From an uncultured Bacilli bacterium (GTDB taxonomy: Bacteria > Bacillota_I > Bacilli_A > RF39 > UBA660), in assembly GCA_947625505.1 (NCBI GenBank), contig CANQON010000003.1, forward strand, positions 35,571 to 99,570: a DNA stretch of 64,000 nt. Reading direction: 5' to 3'. Below the pieces are notes generated by a model, which saw only the letters and a program-made list of their open reading frames with translations, was not told the origin of the DNA and searched no databases. A program made the position numbers and the translations under genes. Below are positions 8,262 to 18,288 of this stretch, piece by piece. The number at the start of each line of letters is the position of its first letter. Positions within the stretch are counted from its first letter, which is position 1.

Positions 8262-10139
8262 TTTTGATATCATATCACAGATAATGTTACTTATTTCTGT
8301 TGGATTATCTAGTGGTAATCCTTCAATTAATCGTGCTTGAGCATATAATACTTTAGTGTATTTAGCTAATTCATCTTTGTCTTTCTTGTATAATGTTTTT
8401 ATTTTTTCGGCAATAGGATGTGCTTCATTTATTTCAAGAATAGCTGATGCTTTTATTTTTTCTTCAGTTGGCATAGCACGCATTACTTTTTCCATTTCGA
8501 TAGATATAGGACCTTCAGTTGTTAAACAAACTGGATGTTTCTTTAAGCGACTAGTGAATCTTACTTCATGAACATCATCATTTAAGGTTGTCTTCATAAG
8601 TTCTAGCATTTCTTTATTGTCTTTGTTTTCTTTTTCAACTTTCTTACTATTTTCTTCATCATCTAGATTTAAATTTTCACTAGATACGTTAGCGAAGCTC
8701 TTACCTTCATATTCCATCATGGCTTGAACTGTAAATTCATCAACATATTCTGTTAAGTATAGAACATCAAAGTCTTTATCTTTAAATTGTTCTATTTGAG
8801 GCATTAAGTCAATTTTATCATGTGTTTCACCACAGGCATAATATATTTTATCTTGTCCTTCTTTCATGTTATCAAGGTATTCTTTTAATGTAATTTGTTT
8901 ACCTTGTTTAGATGAATAGAAAAGTAATAAATCTTTTAGGGTATCTTTATACATACCAAAGTTATTATAGACACTAAATTTTAGTTGCATACCAAATGCT
9001 TCGTAGAATTTTTCATATTTTTCACGATCGTTTGCTAACATATCTTCAAGTTCTTTTTTAATTTTCTTTTCAATATTTTTAGCAATTAATTTAACTTGAT
9101 GATCTTGTTGTAATGTTTCTCTTGAGATATTAAGTGATAAGTCACTACTATCAACTAGTCCTTTAACAAAACTGAAGTAGTCTGGTAATAAATCACTACA
9201 CTTATCCATAATTAGGACACCATTAGAGTATAGTTGTAATCCTTTTTCATATTCTTTGGTATAAAAGTCATATGGTGCATGATCTGGTATATATAATAGG
9301 GCATTATAACTACATAACCCTTCAACAGATGTATGAATTGTTTTTAATGGATCAGCATAGTCAAAGAAGTTATTATGATAGAAATTATTGTATTCTTCAT
9401 CAGTAATTTCTTTTTTATTCTTTTTCCATAAAGGTAACATACTATTAACAGTTATATTCTTAGTTACTGTTTCGTATTCATCTTTACTTCCTTCTTTTAA
9501 TTGTTCTTCTTCAATATCCATTTTAATTGGATAACGAATATAATCAGAATATTTCTTTATGATATCTTTTACTTTGTTATTATCTAAGTAATCACTAAAG
9601 GTATCATGTTCTGTATCTTCTTTAATAGTTAAGATGATAGATGTACCATAGGTATCTTTATCACATTTTTCAATACTATAGCCATCAGCACCTTCAGATT
9701 CCCATATATTAGCTTCATCACTACCATAAGCTTTACTAATAACTTGTATTTTATCAGCAACCATAAAAGCAGAGTAGAATCCTACACCAAATTGACCAAT
9801 AATGTCTAAATCTTTAGGATTATTTTCTTCTTTAAAAGCTAGAGTGCCACTTTTTGCAATAGTACCTAGATTAGTCTCTAATTCATCTTTAGTCATACCA
9901 CATCCATTATCAGATATTGTTAAGGTACGTTTATCTTTATCTATTACAACGTTAATAGCAAAGTCATCAGTATTTATTTTAACTTTTTTATCTGTTAATG
10001 AACGATAGTGTAATTTATCTATAGCATCACTGGCATTAGATACTAATTCTCTTAAAAATATTTCTTTATTTGTATAAATAGAGTTAATCATTAAGTCTAA
10101 TAGTTTTTTTGATTCAGCTTTAAATTGTTTTTTACTCAT
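8259..10139 (-). CDS. htpG: Molecular chaperone HtpG (Hsp90)
   Basis: GHKL ATPase signatures: FLRELVSNASDAIDKL, DNGCGMTKDEL, GQFGVGFYSAF. Length is ~626 aa from MSKKQFKAES. Start is taken at the ATG at 10139 rather than the upstream ATG at 10190. Confidence 0.95.
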   Translation of the reverse strand: MSKKQFKAESKKLLDLMINSIYTNKEIFLRELVSNASDAIDKLHYRSLTDKKVKINTDDFAINVVIDKDKRTLTISDNGCGMTKDELETNLGTIAKSGTLAFKEENNPKDLDIIGQFGVGFYSAFMVADKIQVISKAYGSDEANIWESEGADGYSIEKCDKDTYGTSIILTIKEDTEHDTFSDYLDNNKVKDIIKKYSDYIRYPIKMDIEEEQLKEGSKDEYETVTKNITVNSMLPLWKKNKKEITDEEYNNFYHNNFFDYADPLKTIHTSVEGLCSYNALLYIPDHAPYDFYTKEYEKGLQLYSNGVLIMDKCSDLLPDYFSFVKGLVDSSDLSLNISRETLQQDHQVKLIAKNIEKKIKKELEDMLANDREKYEKFYEAFGMQLKFSVYNNFGMYKDTLKDLLLFYSSKQGKQITLKEYLDNMKEGQDKIYYACGETHDKIDLMPQIEQFKDKDFDVLYLTEYVDEFTVQAMMEYEGKSFANVSSENLNLDDEENSKKVEKENKDNKEMLELMKTTLNDDVHEVRFTSRLKKHPVCLTTEGPISIEMEKVMRAMPTEEKIKASAILEINEAHPIAEKIKTLYKKDKDELAKYTKVLYAQARLIEGLPLDNPTEISNIICDMISK

Positions 10140-10168
10140 ATTTATTTCCTTCTTTCTTGTACTTCTTA

Positions 10169-10197
10169 ATTGTAGCACTCTTTTTAGCACTTGTCAA
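10169..10197 (-). promoter_or_regulatory. SigA-type promoter of htpG (TTGACA-17-TACAAT)
   Basis: Minus strand reads TTGACA (10197..10192), an exact 17-nt spacer, then TACAAT (10174..10169), about 30 nt upstream of the htpG ATG. Confidence 0.75.
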
Positions 10198-10210
10198 TAA
10201 AGAGTGCCAA
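10184..10210. promoter_or_regulatory. CIRCE-like inverted repeat (HrcA operator) overlapping the htpG -35 box
   Basis: TTAGCACTT-N9-GAGTGCCAA compared with the consensus TTAGCACTC-N9-GAGTGCTAA, one mismatch per arm. An extra half-site TAGCACTC lies at 10173..10180. Confidence 0.7.
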
Positions 10211-10248
10211 AAAGAATATTTTAATTATTAAATCGTAAGATAGTATAG

Positions 10249-10692
10249 ATGATATGTATGAAAAGAATAATTAAAAATATTTTAGTAATTATATATCCTA
10301 TTATTTTATTTTATATAGTTAGTTTATTATCTAATTATTATAATTATGCTTTTATTAGCTATAATTTTTTACCTAACAAAAGGGTATTTACTTTTTTAGC
10401 ATTTATTTTTCTTTTAAATATCAGTATTATATATAATAAGCATATTAAATTATTATCGTTAGATATTAATTATTTATATAAATTACACTTATTATTAGAT
10501 AGTATTTGGTGTTTTCTTTTCTTTTTATATCATGAATATTTTATCAGCTTAATCGTTATTATTTTTAGTATTATTACTTTATTTTTATTGACATTTAATT
10601 TATATAAATTTAGAAAAATATTACTTTTATATCTTTTATTTTATATCATTTGGCATATTTACATTGTTATAACTAATATATTGATATTATAG
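10249..10692 (+). CDS. Small polytopic membrane protein, function unknown
   Basis: 147 aa, almost entirely hydrophobic (I/L/F/Y rich), with 4-5 TM segments. No catalytic motif seen. Confidence 0.4.
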   Translation: MICMKRIIKNILVIIYPIILFYIVSLLSNYYNYAFISYNFLPNKRVFTFLAFIFLLNISIIYNKHIKLLSLDINYLYKLHLLLDSIWCFLFFLYHEYFISLIVIIFSIITLFLLTFNLYKFRKILLLYLLFYIIWHIYIVITNILIL

Positions 10693-10700
10693 GTGATAAA

Positions 10701-11243
10701 ATGACTATTATAGAACTTTTATTAGTTGGTATAGGATTAGGTATGGATGCTTGTTCAATAGCTGTTTGTAAAGGCTTATGTATGAAAGTAATGAATTGGA
10801 ATAAAGCTTTTATTATTGCCTTATATTTTGCTACATTCCAATTAATAATGCCACTTATTGGTTATTATTTAGGTAATAATATAGGTGATCATATTAAAAA
10901 ATATGGACATATTATTGCTTTTATATTATTAGTTTTATTAGGTATTAATATGTTAAAAGAGGCATTAAGTAAAGATGATTATCATTTAGATGATGATGTA
11001 TCATTTAAGAAAATGTTAATGCCTTCTATAGCAACTAGTATTGATGCTTTGACAGTAGGTACAACTTTTTCTTTATTAGATGTTAATATTTTAAATGCTG
11101 TTATTATTATTTTTATTGTTACTTTTATTTTATCTTTTTTAGGTACGAAAGTAGGTCAGTTATTTAAAGAAAGATATCGAAGTAAAGCTAGTATAGTAGG
11201 GGGAGTTATTCTTATAATTATGGGTATAAAAATGTTAATATAA
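10701..11243 (+). CDS. mntP: Manganese efflux pump MntP (DUF204 family)
   Basis: Duplicated DUF204 motifs GMDACSIAV and SIDALTVG, ~180 aa, six TM segments. Confidence 0.8.
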   Translation: MTIIELLLVGIGLGMDACSIAVCKGLCMKVMNWNKAFIIALYFATFQLIMPLIGYYLGNNIGDHIKKYGHIIAFILLVLLGINMLKEALSKDDYHLDDDVSFKKMLMPSIATSIDALTVGTTFSLLDVNILNAVIIIFIVTFILSFLGTKVGQLFKERYRSKASIVGGVILIIMGIKMLI

Positions 11244-11268
11244 AAAATAGAATCATTGATTCTATTTT
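11244..11268. terminator. Bidirectional intrinsic terminator
   Basis: AAAATAGAATCA-T-TGATTCTATTTT palindromic hairpin between convergent genes. It overlaps the stop of the minus-strand gene. Confidence 0.6.
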
Positions 11269-12371
11269 CTTTCTAATAAAACAACACTTTCAATATGATA
11301 AGTATTAGGAAACATATCAAATGGTGTTAATTCTTTTATTTGATAATATTCTTTTAATATATTTAGATCTCTTACTAAAGTCATAGGATCACATGATGTA
11401 TATATTATTTTTTGAGGATGGAGTTTAATTATTGTATCTATAGCTATATGATCTAATCCTGCTCTTGGAGGATCAACTATTATAATATCAGGTTTAAAGT
11501 TTAGATTAGTTATAACTTTACTAACATCATCAGCAATAAAAGAGATATTTTTAATAGTATTTAATTCTTTGTTTTTATTAGCGTCTATAATAGCTTGTTT
11601 ATTTATTTCAATACCTAATACTTCATGACAAGTATTACTTAGATATATACCTATAGTGCCTGTTCCACAATATAAATCTAATATATTATCTTTTTTAGTA
11701 GCATGTGCATATTCTTTTATTTTTTCATACATTTTATATGTTACATTATCATTAACTTGAAAGAATGATTCTAAAGATACATTAAATTTATAATTACCAA
11801 TGGTTTTAATAATAGTGGAGTTATCATCTAGGACTTTAACGCCATTAGTACGCAAAGTAATATCTTTAGTTATTTTTTCTATATTTTTTATGTATTCATT
11901 TAATTTATTATCTAGTAATAGACATTGATCTATTTTAACAATTTTATTGCTTTTATTTTCATAGTATCCTACATTATGATTATTATCAACATGAAGAGTT
12001 ACCTTATTACGATAATAAAATTCATTATCACTTGGAATAATAGCCTTTACTTTAATATCCATTTTTAAATATCTTTTTAAAATGTTATTTATTTTATTTT
12101 GTTTATATTTTAATTGCTCAGAATATGGTAGATGCATTATACTACATCCTCCACATTTTTCATAATATGGACATATATCTTTTCTTCTTATAGGACTTTC
12201 TTTTAGATAATTAATAACTATACCTTCCATATAATTTTTCTTATTATCTACTGTTTTTATTTTTACTTCTTCATCAATTATTGTATTAGGAATAAAAACA
12301 ATTTTATTATCTATTTTAGCAATACCTCTTCCTTGATGATCATAATCAATTATTTTTACTACATATTCCAT
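11262..12371 (-). CDS. 23S rRNA (uracil-5-)-methyltransferase, RumA/RlmD/RlmCD family
   Basis: N-terminal TRAM domain (VKIIDYDHQGRGIAKID), Fe-S cysteines CPYYEKCGGCSIMH, SAM motif LDLYCGTGTIG, and DPPRAG. Start is taken at MEYVVK (RBS AGGTG) rather than the upstream ATG at 12395. Confidence 0.85.
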   Translation of the reverse strand: MEYVVKIIDYDHQGRGIAKIDNKIVFIPNTIIDEEVKIKTVDNKKNYMEGIVINYLKESPIRRKDICPYYEKCGGCSIMHLPYSEQLKYKQNKINNILKRYLKMDIKVKAIIPSDNEFYYRNKVTLHVDNNHNVGYYENKSNKIVKIDQCLLLDNKLNEYIKNIEKITKDITLRTNGVKVLDDNSTIIKTIGNYKFNVSLESFFQVNDNVTYKMYEKIKEYAHATKKDNILDLYCGTGTIGIYLSNTCHEVLGIEINKQAIIDANKNKELNTIKNISFIADDVSKVITNLNFKPDIIIVDPPRAGLDHIAIDTIIKLHPQKIIYTSCDPMTLVRDLNILKEYYQIKELTPFDMFPNTYHIESVVLLERK

Positions 12372-12409
12372 ACTAACACCTACTGGTATTATCATAACAT
12401 ATTCTTTAT

Positions 12410-13024
12410 TTAATTAGTAGTTATAGGTTTTAAAAGATTATAAATATGATTATTTAAAGTATAGTTATGTTGAACTTCTTTTAATAGTTCTTTTAGCATA
12501 ATATCTTTATTTTCTTCTTCTTTATTAAAATAGTCATAATATAAATATTTTAAAGTATCATACGATATTTTATTTAAAATATTTAAAACATATTTTTTTT
12601 CATCAATTTCTTTTCTCGTGCTTAATAAATATTTATTTTTACATACTATTTTATAATCAATATTATGTTCTTTAGTTTTTAAACTAAAAGCGATAATATC
12701 TAATTCATCTTCTAATAAGAGGGATGAAGTAGCGCTCGTCTCACCATTTTTATCTAATTTAAGCGCAAAAACATTTTTAGAGTCCGTAATAATTAAAGAA
12801 GATAGTTTTTCTTTACTATTATAAATATCTGTTTTATTTTTAATACTATTAAATATATCATTACTAATAATTATTTTATTAGATATCATTTTCTTTAAAT
12901 TGCTAGTACTTACTTTAAAAAGGGGTATCTTTTTAATATGCATTACTTTATCATTATTATTCCATTCATAAAAATCATAATAGGTTTTATTAAAATTTAA
13001 ATATATATCATATATATAATTCAT
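12410..13024 (-). CDS. Hypothetical cytoplasmic protein
   Basis: 204-aa ORF with an ATGA overlap with the upstream small membrane gene. No motif recognised. Confidence 0.45.
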   Translation of the reverse strand: MNYIYDIYLNFNKTYYDFYEWNNNDKVMHIKKIPLFKVSTSNLKKMISNKIIISNDIFNSIKNKTDIYNSKEKLSSLIITDSKNVFALKLDKNGETSATSSLLLEDELDIIAFSLKTKEHNIDYKIVCKNKYLLSTRKEIDEKKYVLNILNKISYDTLKYLYYDYFNKEEENKDIMLKELLKEVQHNYTLNNHIYNLLKPITTN

Positions 13025-13221
13025 TTATTTCCTCCTAAGTTATTAAATACTAATATCATTATTCCCAATAATAATGTAAATAATTCTCCATGTTTAATTA
13101 TAAAATGGAGATACTCTAAAAAAGAATATCCTACATCTAACATATTTAAATAACCTATCATAAAGATTATTCCTGTAATAGTTAACAAGCATCCAATTAT
13201 ATTAAAAAATAATTTATACAT
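13021..13221 (-). CDS. Small membrane protein (66 aa, 2 TM)
   Basis: Translationally coupled (ATGA) to 12410..13024. Two hydrophobic helices. Confidence 0.4.
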   Translation of the reverse strand: MYKLFFNIIGCLLTITGIIFMIGYLNMLDVGYSFLEYLHFIIKHGELFTLLLGIMILVFNNLGGNK

Positions 13222-13294
13222 AATTCACCTAATTAATTTTATTATATCGGTTTTAAATTTATTAAAATTACGATATAATGGATTAGGTGATTAT

Positions 13295-14110
13295 ATGAAC
13301 ATAATAGATTTACTTAAATATATTTTGATGGGATTTATTCAAGGACTTACAGAGACTATTCCTGTTTCATCAAGTGGACATTTATTAATATTTAAACATT
13401 TAATTAATTTAGATATAGATTTTGATACTATCGCTATTATAACTAATTTGGGTAGTTTATTAGGTATTATTATTCTTTTTAGAAAAGATATTATAGAGTT
13501 AGTTAAAAGTTTCTTTGGATATTTAACAACAAGAAAAGAAGAGTATAAAGCTAATTATAAATATTGTTGGTTAATTGTTTTAGGATGTATTCCTGCTGGT
13601 ATCGTAGGTTTAATAGTTAGTAAATTAGATTTGTTTGCTAAAATAGATAATAATGTTAAAATAGTAGGTATATCATTATTAATTACAGCTTTATTACTAT
13701 TTATTATTCGTAATTTTAAAGGGCATAAAAATGATCATGATATTACATGGAAGAATGCTTTAATGATTGGCTGTTTTCAAATATTAGGACTATTTCCTGG
13801 AATTAGTAGAAGTGGATCAACTATTGTTGGAGGTTTAACACAAGATTTAAAGAGAGATACAGCCTTCAAATATTCTTTTATGTTATATATGCCAATGAGT
13901 GTAGCTGCTACCATGTTAGAAGTAGGGGATTTATTTACTAAGCAATTATCAAGTACGATTATTATCTATTATGTAATATCGGCTTTAGTCGCAATGATTA
14001 TAACGATGTTAGTTACTAAGTGGTTTAGACAAGTTGTTAATAAAGGTAAGTTAATATATTTTGTTATTTATTGCGCTATTATAGGTAGTTTAGTATTATT
14101 ATTTATGTAG
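13295..14110 (+). CDS. uppP: Undecaprenyl-diphosphate phosphatase
   Basis: BacA/UppP signatures: TETIPVSSSGHL and FPGISRSGSTIVGG. ~270 aa polytopic protein. Confidence 0.9.
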   Translation: MNIIDLLKYILMGFIQGLTETIPVSSSGHLLIFKHLINLDIDFDTIAIITNLGSLLGIIILFRKDIIELVKSFFGYLTTRKEEYKANYKYCWLIVLGCIPAGIVGLIVSKLDLFAKIDNNVKIVGISLLITALLLFIIRNFKGHKNDHDITWKNALMIGCFQILGLFPGISRSGSTIVGGLTQDLKRDTAFKYSFMLYMPMSVAATMLEVGDLFTKQLSSTIIIYYVISALVAMIITMLVTKWFRQVVNKGKLIYFVIYCAIIGSLVLLFM

Positions 14111-14118
14111 GGGATTTT

Positions 14119-15708
14119 ATGGGTTTTATTATTAGTATTATTGTATCTTTAGTATTTGCTATATGGCCATTAGTTCATATGCTTAATGATAAAAAACATA
14201 AGGTGTATTATATCTTATGTTTTGTTATTTTATTAGTAGGATGTTTTGTTAGGCTATATCTTATTGATAAATATCCAATAGGACTTCAATCTGATGAAGC
14301 TTCAATTGGTTATGAAGCTTTTTCTTTAATTCAGCATGGTGTTGATCGTAATGGAATGAGTTATCCCGTTAATTTTATATCTTGGGGTAGTGGACAAAAT
14401 GTTTTATATGCATACTTATCTATACCATTTATTAAAATAATGGGTTTAAATGTTTTATCAACACGCTTAGTTATGGCTTTAATAGGATGTTTAACTTTAC
14501 TTGTTATATATTTATTTACACGTAAAGAATTAAATCATAAGTATAGTTTATTAGCGCTTTTTATGATAGCTATTATGCCTTGGCATATCGTTAAAAGTCG
14601 TTGGGCACTAGAATCTAATATTTTTCCAGATATTGTTTTATATGGAGTAATTCTTTTATATTTAGGAATAAAAAATAATAAGAAAAAATATTATCTTTTA
14701 GGATCTATAATATTAGGTATTAGTACCTATGCTTATGGTACTAGTTATCTATTTATACCTGTTTTCTTAGTTATTTTGTATGGCTATTTAATAAAGAAAA
14801 AAATGCTTAAATGGAATCATGCTTTATTATATTTTAGTCTTACAGGTATAGTTGCTTTACCAATGATATTATATACATTTGTTAATTTCTTCAATCTAGG
14901 AACTATTCATCTTGGACCAATAACAATTCCTATGCTATATGTTAATCGTATGGCATCCACAACTTTATTTAATCCTTATGACAATATTCTAACGCGATTT
15001 GGATATAATATTATGGATTTATTTGGAACTGTCTTATTCCAAGTAAGTGATAGAGTATATGGTGGAATACCTTATTTTGGTTTATATTATACTATTTCTT
15101 TACCTATATTTCTTTATGGATTTATAAAAGCTCGTAAATGTAATCATTTAATTATTAAAATAACGCATATATTATTTATAACGAGTATTATTCTAGGATT
15201 ATTTTTAAGGCCATCATCAACACATACTAATATTATTTGGTTTCCAGTAATTACTTATGTTATATATGGCTTTATAAATATTATACAAAACTTTCAAATT
15301 GAACGTCATATCTATGGAATATATATATCTATCTTTTTATGTCTTATTATGTATTATTTTACAGGTTATCAAGATTACTTAACACCTATAACTAATTATT
15401 CTCTTGACGATGCTTTAGAATATAGTAATAGTATTAATTATGATAAAATGTATATAACTATTAATAATCAAAATTATATTAGTTATTTATTTTATAATAA
15501 AATTGATTCAATGTATTATATAGATAATGTATCAATTCAAGATAAAAATTCAATGTTTCAAAATATTGATAGAATTGGTAATGTATATTTTTCTTATCCT
15601 AGCCAGATAGAAAATAATATAGTTATAATTACTTCTCGTCAAGATAAAATAACTTTTGATTGTCCTAGTAAAGAGTTTACTAATTATATTGTTTATGTAT
15701 GTAATTAA
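14119..15708 (+). CDS. Glycosyltransferase family 39 / ArnT-PMT-like polytopic membrane protein
   Basis: The first-loop acidic motif SDEASIGYEAFSL is followed by >10 TM segments. It lies adjacent to uppP (lipid-carrier recycling). Confidence 0.55.
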   Translation: MGFIISIIVSLVFAIWPLVHMLNDKKHKVYYILCFVILLVGCFVRLYLIDKYPIGLQSDEASIGYEAFSLIQHGVDRNGMSYPVNFISWGSGQNVLYAYLSIPFIKIMGLNVLSTRLVMALIGCLTLLVIYLFTRKELNHKYSLLALFMIAIMPWHIVKSRWALESNIFPDIVLYGVILLYLGIKNNKKKYYLLGSIILGISTYAYGTSYLFIPVFLVILYGYLIKKKMLKWNHALLYFSLTGIVALPMILYTFVNFFNLGTIHLGPITIPMLYVNRMASTTLFNPYDNILTRFGYNIMDLFGTVLFQVSDRVYGGIPYFGLYYTISLPIFLYGFIKARKCNHLIIKITHILFITSIILGLFLRPSSTHTNIIWFPVITYVIYGFINIIQNFQIERHIYGIYISIFLCLIMYYFTGYQDYLTPITNYSLDDALEYSNSINYDKMYITINNQNYISYLFYNKIDSMYYIDNVSIQDKNSMFQNIDRIGNVYFSYPSQIENNIVIITSRQDKITFDCPSKEFTNYIVYVCN

Positions 15709-15745
15709 AAGAGATATCACTTCATTTGATATCTCTTATTTTTTT
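15709..15745. terminator. Bidirectional intrinsic terminator
   Basis: AAGAGATATCA-CTTCATT-TGATATCTCTT followed by ATTTTTTT. It overlaps the stop of the convergent gene. Confidence 0.7.
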
Positions 15746-17067
15746 ACTACGACAATTTCTATTGTGGCGCTATGTTCCGTGTTAGGAACACTAACTGTTA
15801 TTATAGTTCGGCCTTCTTTAATAGGTTGAATAACACCTGTATTAGTTACTTTCGCTACTGATTCATCACTACTAGTCCATACTAGATCCATTGTTATGTC
15901 TGATTGATTATTAATAATTGGTGTAATGGTAACATTATTACCCAAAGCTACTGTTCGTTCTTCAAAGTCTGTTGTGAAGTCTTTGATTACAACATTAATA
16001 ACCTTGACTGTTACAACTTTACTTTTTTTAGTTTTATTACTTTTAACAGTTATTGTAGTAGTTCCTTCACTGTTACCTTTAATAACTCCTTTAGAATCAA
16101 CGGATGCAATATTATCATCAGCACTAGTAAAAGTAAAGTCTTTGCTATCTTCAACTACGCCTTTACGATATATTTTATCTTCATATGATGAGCCTTGAGC
16201 TAAATTAATTTCTGTTTTACCTAGGTAGAAGTCATTAGATTTAATATAATAGTTATAACCTACGAAGCCAACCACTCCAATTATTAATGCATATATAATT
16301 AGTAATACAAAATTGAATTTTCTGGTTTCCTTTTTAATTTTACGATCAACATTGGTTTCTGTTTCTCCAGGTCTACTAGCAAACTCACTTTTAGCTACAG
16401 ACACATTAGGATAGATTGAATTTCTCATAAAAGGACTATTAGAATTACTATCATACATGCTATTAAGATATGCAGGCATTGTTTGATTCGGTAAAGTCTT
16501 TGATTCATTAGGTAAAGACATTGGTTCTGTAGGTGTATAATCTTCTAGTTCTGGACTTTTTTTTGGTTGCTGAACATTGAAGTCAATATCTTTACTATAA
16601 GCTAATTGTTGTTCTACAGTTAAATATTGATTATCATCGATAGGCATATCATCAATATGATTATAATTACTAATAATATCAGTAGCTGAGTGAGTAGTAA
16701 TAATAGGCCCATCAACATTATAATCATTATTAATTATTTCATTTTCAATAGCGTCATTATTATTTTGATACTCAAACATAGTAGGGGTAGATGTTAATTC
16801 AGCAGGAGGATTATTTAAATCATATACACTTTGGGGTGTAGTATCTATTGTTTCGACTGTTGGATTAGAACTATACATTGTTTCTTTTAATTCTTTAACA
16901 GGATCAACATAAGTAGGTTGTATAACTTCTTCGGGTGTTGTACTTGGGGTAGTTTCTAAAGAAGTAGATACTTTACTATTCATTGCGTAATTGTTATTAT
17001 TTAGTGTGCCTCCAACTTGACGATAAACATCATCATTAACACTGATAATTGGTTTATTATTATTCAT
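15736..17067 (-). CDS. Membrane-anchored protein with two C-terminal Big_2 (bacterial Ig-like) domains
   Basis: Low-complexity N-terminal ~250 aa and a single TM (FVLLIIYALIIGVVGFVGY). Big_2-like repeats FTSADDNIASVDSKGVIKGNSEGTTTITV and WTSSDESVAKVTNTGVIQPIKEGRTIITV. Confidence 0.7.
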   Translation of the reverse strand: MNNNKPIISVNDDVYRQVGGTLNNNNYAMNSKVSTSLETTPSTTPEEVIQPTYVDPVKELKETMYSSNPTVETIDTTPQSVYDLNNPPAELTSTPTMFEYQNNNDAIENEIINNDYNVDGPIITTHSATDIISNYNHIDDMPIDDNQYLTVEQQLAYSKDIDFNVQQPKKSPELEDYTPTEPMSLPNESKTLPNQTMPAYLNSMYDSNSNSPFMRNSIYPNVSVAKSEFASRPGETETNVDRKIKKETRKFNFVLLIIYALIIGVVGFVGYNYYIKSNDFYLGKTEINLAQGSSYEDKIYRKGVVEDSKDFTFTSADDNIASVDSKGVIKGNSEGTTTITVKSNKTKKSKVVTVKVINVVIKDFTTDFEERTVALGNNVTITPIINNQSDITMDLVWTSSDESVAKVTNTGVIQPIKEGRTIITVSVPNTEHSATIEIVVVKK

Positions 17068-17180
17068 AATTCCAACTCACCCTCTTATTATTCTAACATG
17101 ATTTTACACTAAATAAGGGTAAAAAGCAATAAAGATAGGGACACTTCCTTTTTTTTATGATAGAATAATTATAGAATGGT

Positions 17181-17657
17181 ATGGAGGATAATATGGAAAT
17201 AAAAACAATAAAAATCAGTCAAAATATGTATAATGGTGTTTATGGTGAAGGCAGTGTTTTTGAAAATTCAGTTAATATTACAATGTCAAAGGGAATGTTT
17301 GGTAAAAAAGTAGAGAAAGTGACTAATGATAGCATTTTAAAAGCTACTTGTAGACGTTCTTTCATGGATAATAATTTAAATTTAGTAACAATTGAATTAC
17401 CTGCCAAAAAGGTAGAAGATCCTGATCACTTAATTAAAATAGTTGAAGATATTGCTCATGAAAAAAATCGTATTATAAAAGAACAAGCCTTTAATTTACA
17501 GACTTATTTAAATAAATATACAGTTATTGTTAATGATATTGATGAATATGAAATAGATGTTCATAGTGATTTAGCTAAAGAATTAGCTAGTATTATTGGT
17601 TTAGATGAATTAATTACTAAGAGTAATAGAGATATTATTGCTTCTATAAATATTTAA
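17181..17657 (+). CDS. Hypothetical protein
   Basis: 158-aa ORF followed by a strong hairpin terminator. No motif recognised. Confidence 0.45.
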   Translation: MEDNMEIKTIKISQNMYNGVYGEGSVFENSVNITMSKGMFGKKVEKVTNDSILKATCRRSFMDNNLNLVTIELPAKKVEDPDHLIKIVEDIAHEKNRIIKEQAFNLQTYLNKYTVIVNDIDEYEIDVHSDLAKELASIIGLDELITKSNRDIIASINI

Positions 17658-17682
17658 AAGGTAGATTTAATCTACCTTTTTT
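17656..17682. terminator. Bidirectional intrinsic terminator
   Basis: AAAAGGTAGAT-TTA-ATCTACCTTTT followed by TT. It overlaps the last codons of the convergent gene. Confidence 0.7.
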
Positions 17683-18287
17683 GGTGTATATATTTTTTGT
17701 TTTTTAGGAATAAGATATTCATTTTTATACCAATTTAGAAAAGCTTTAGTTGCGGAAGTGTTTTTACTACTTTCTTTTACTTCTTCATCAGTCATTTCTG
17801 CTAATGTTTTATTATATCCTTCAGGTATAAATAAATACCAAAGACGTGATTTAGCTTTTGCTACATTAGAACCTTTTATTTCTGTAGATAATGTACCATT
17901 ATTATATCCATAAAAAGCATAGTATTCTTCACCATCATAAAAAGTGACACATTCTAAAAAATGACAATGACGATCTTGGACATCTTGTAATGTTAAGAGT
18001 AAGTTTTCAATATCATTAGTTACACCACTTCTTTTAGCACGTATACCAGGATATCCTGGATTATTAGGATAATTATCAATATAAAAGCCACTGTCTGCTA
18101 CAAAGACGGGTTTACCTACAATATCATAAGCTTGTCTAGCTTTTTCTTTAGATATATAGGTTATATCATCTACTTCAGGTTCATCTAAGTCAGCATATTG
18201 ATAATTAACATCAATATTTTGATGTGCAAACTCATTTTTAACTGATTCCCATTTTCCTGGGTTACTAGATACATAAAATAATTCCAT
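17667..18287 (-). CDS. Ham1/RdgB-family non-canonical purine NTP pyrophosphatase-like protein (divergent)
   Basis: The family motif order is retained: LFYVSSNPGKWESV (xTxNxxK), VADSGFYIDNYPNNPGYPGIRAKR (DDSGL...PG..SAR) and KTLAEMTDEE. Start is taken at MELFYV (18287), which removes the overlap with the upstream gene. Confidence 0.55.
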   Translation of the reverse strand: MELFYVSSNPGKWESVKNEFAHQNIDVNYQYADLDEPEVDDITYISKEKARQAYDIVGKPVFVADSGFYIDNYPNNPGYPGIRAKRSGVTNDIENLLLTLQDVQDRHCHFLECVTFYDGEEYYAFYGYNNGTLSTEIKGSNVAKAKSRLWYLFIPEGYNKTLAEMTDEEVKESSKNTSATKAFLNWYKNEYLIPKKQKIYTPKKVD

Positions 18288-18288
18288 C

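Noticed and set aside
10249-10692. Small polytopic membrane ORF considered as the missing Flp prepilin peptidase (TadV).
   Set aside because: It lacks the paired conserved Asp motifs of A24 peptidases and lies 30 kb away in an unrelated context. Its extremely biased composition suggests a generic small membrane protein.
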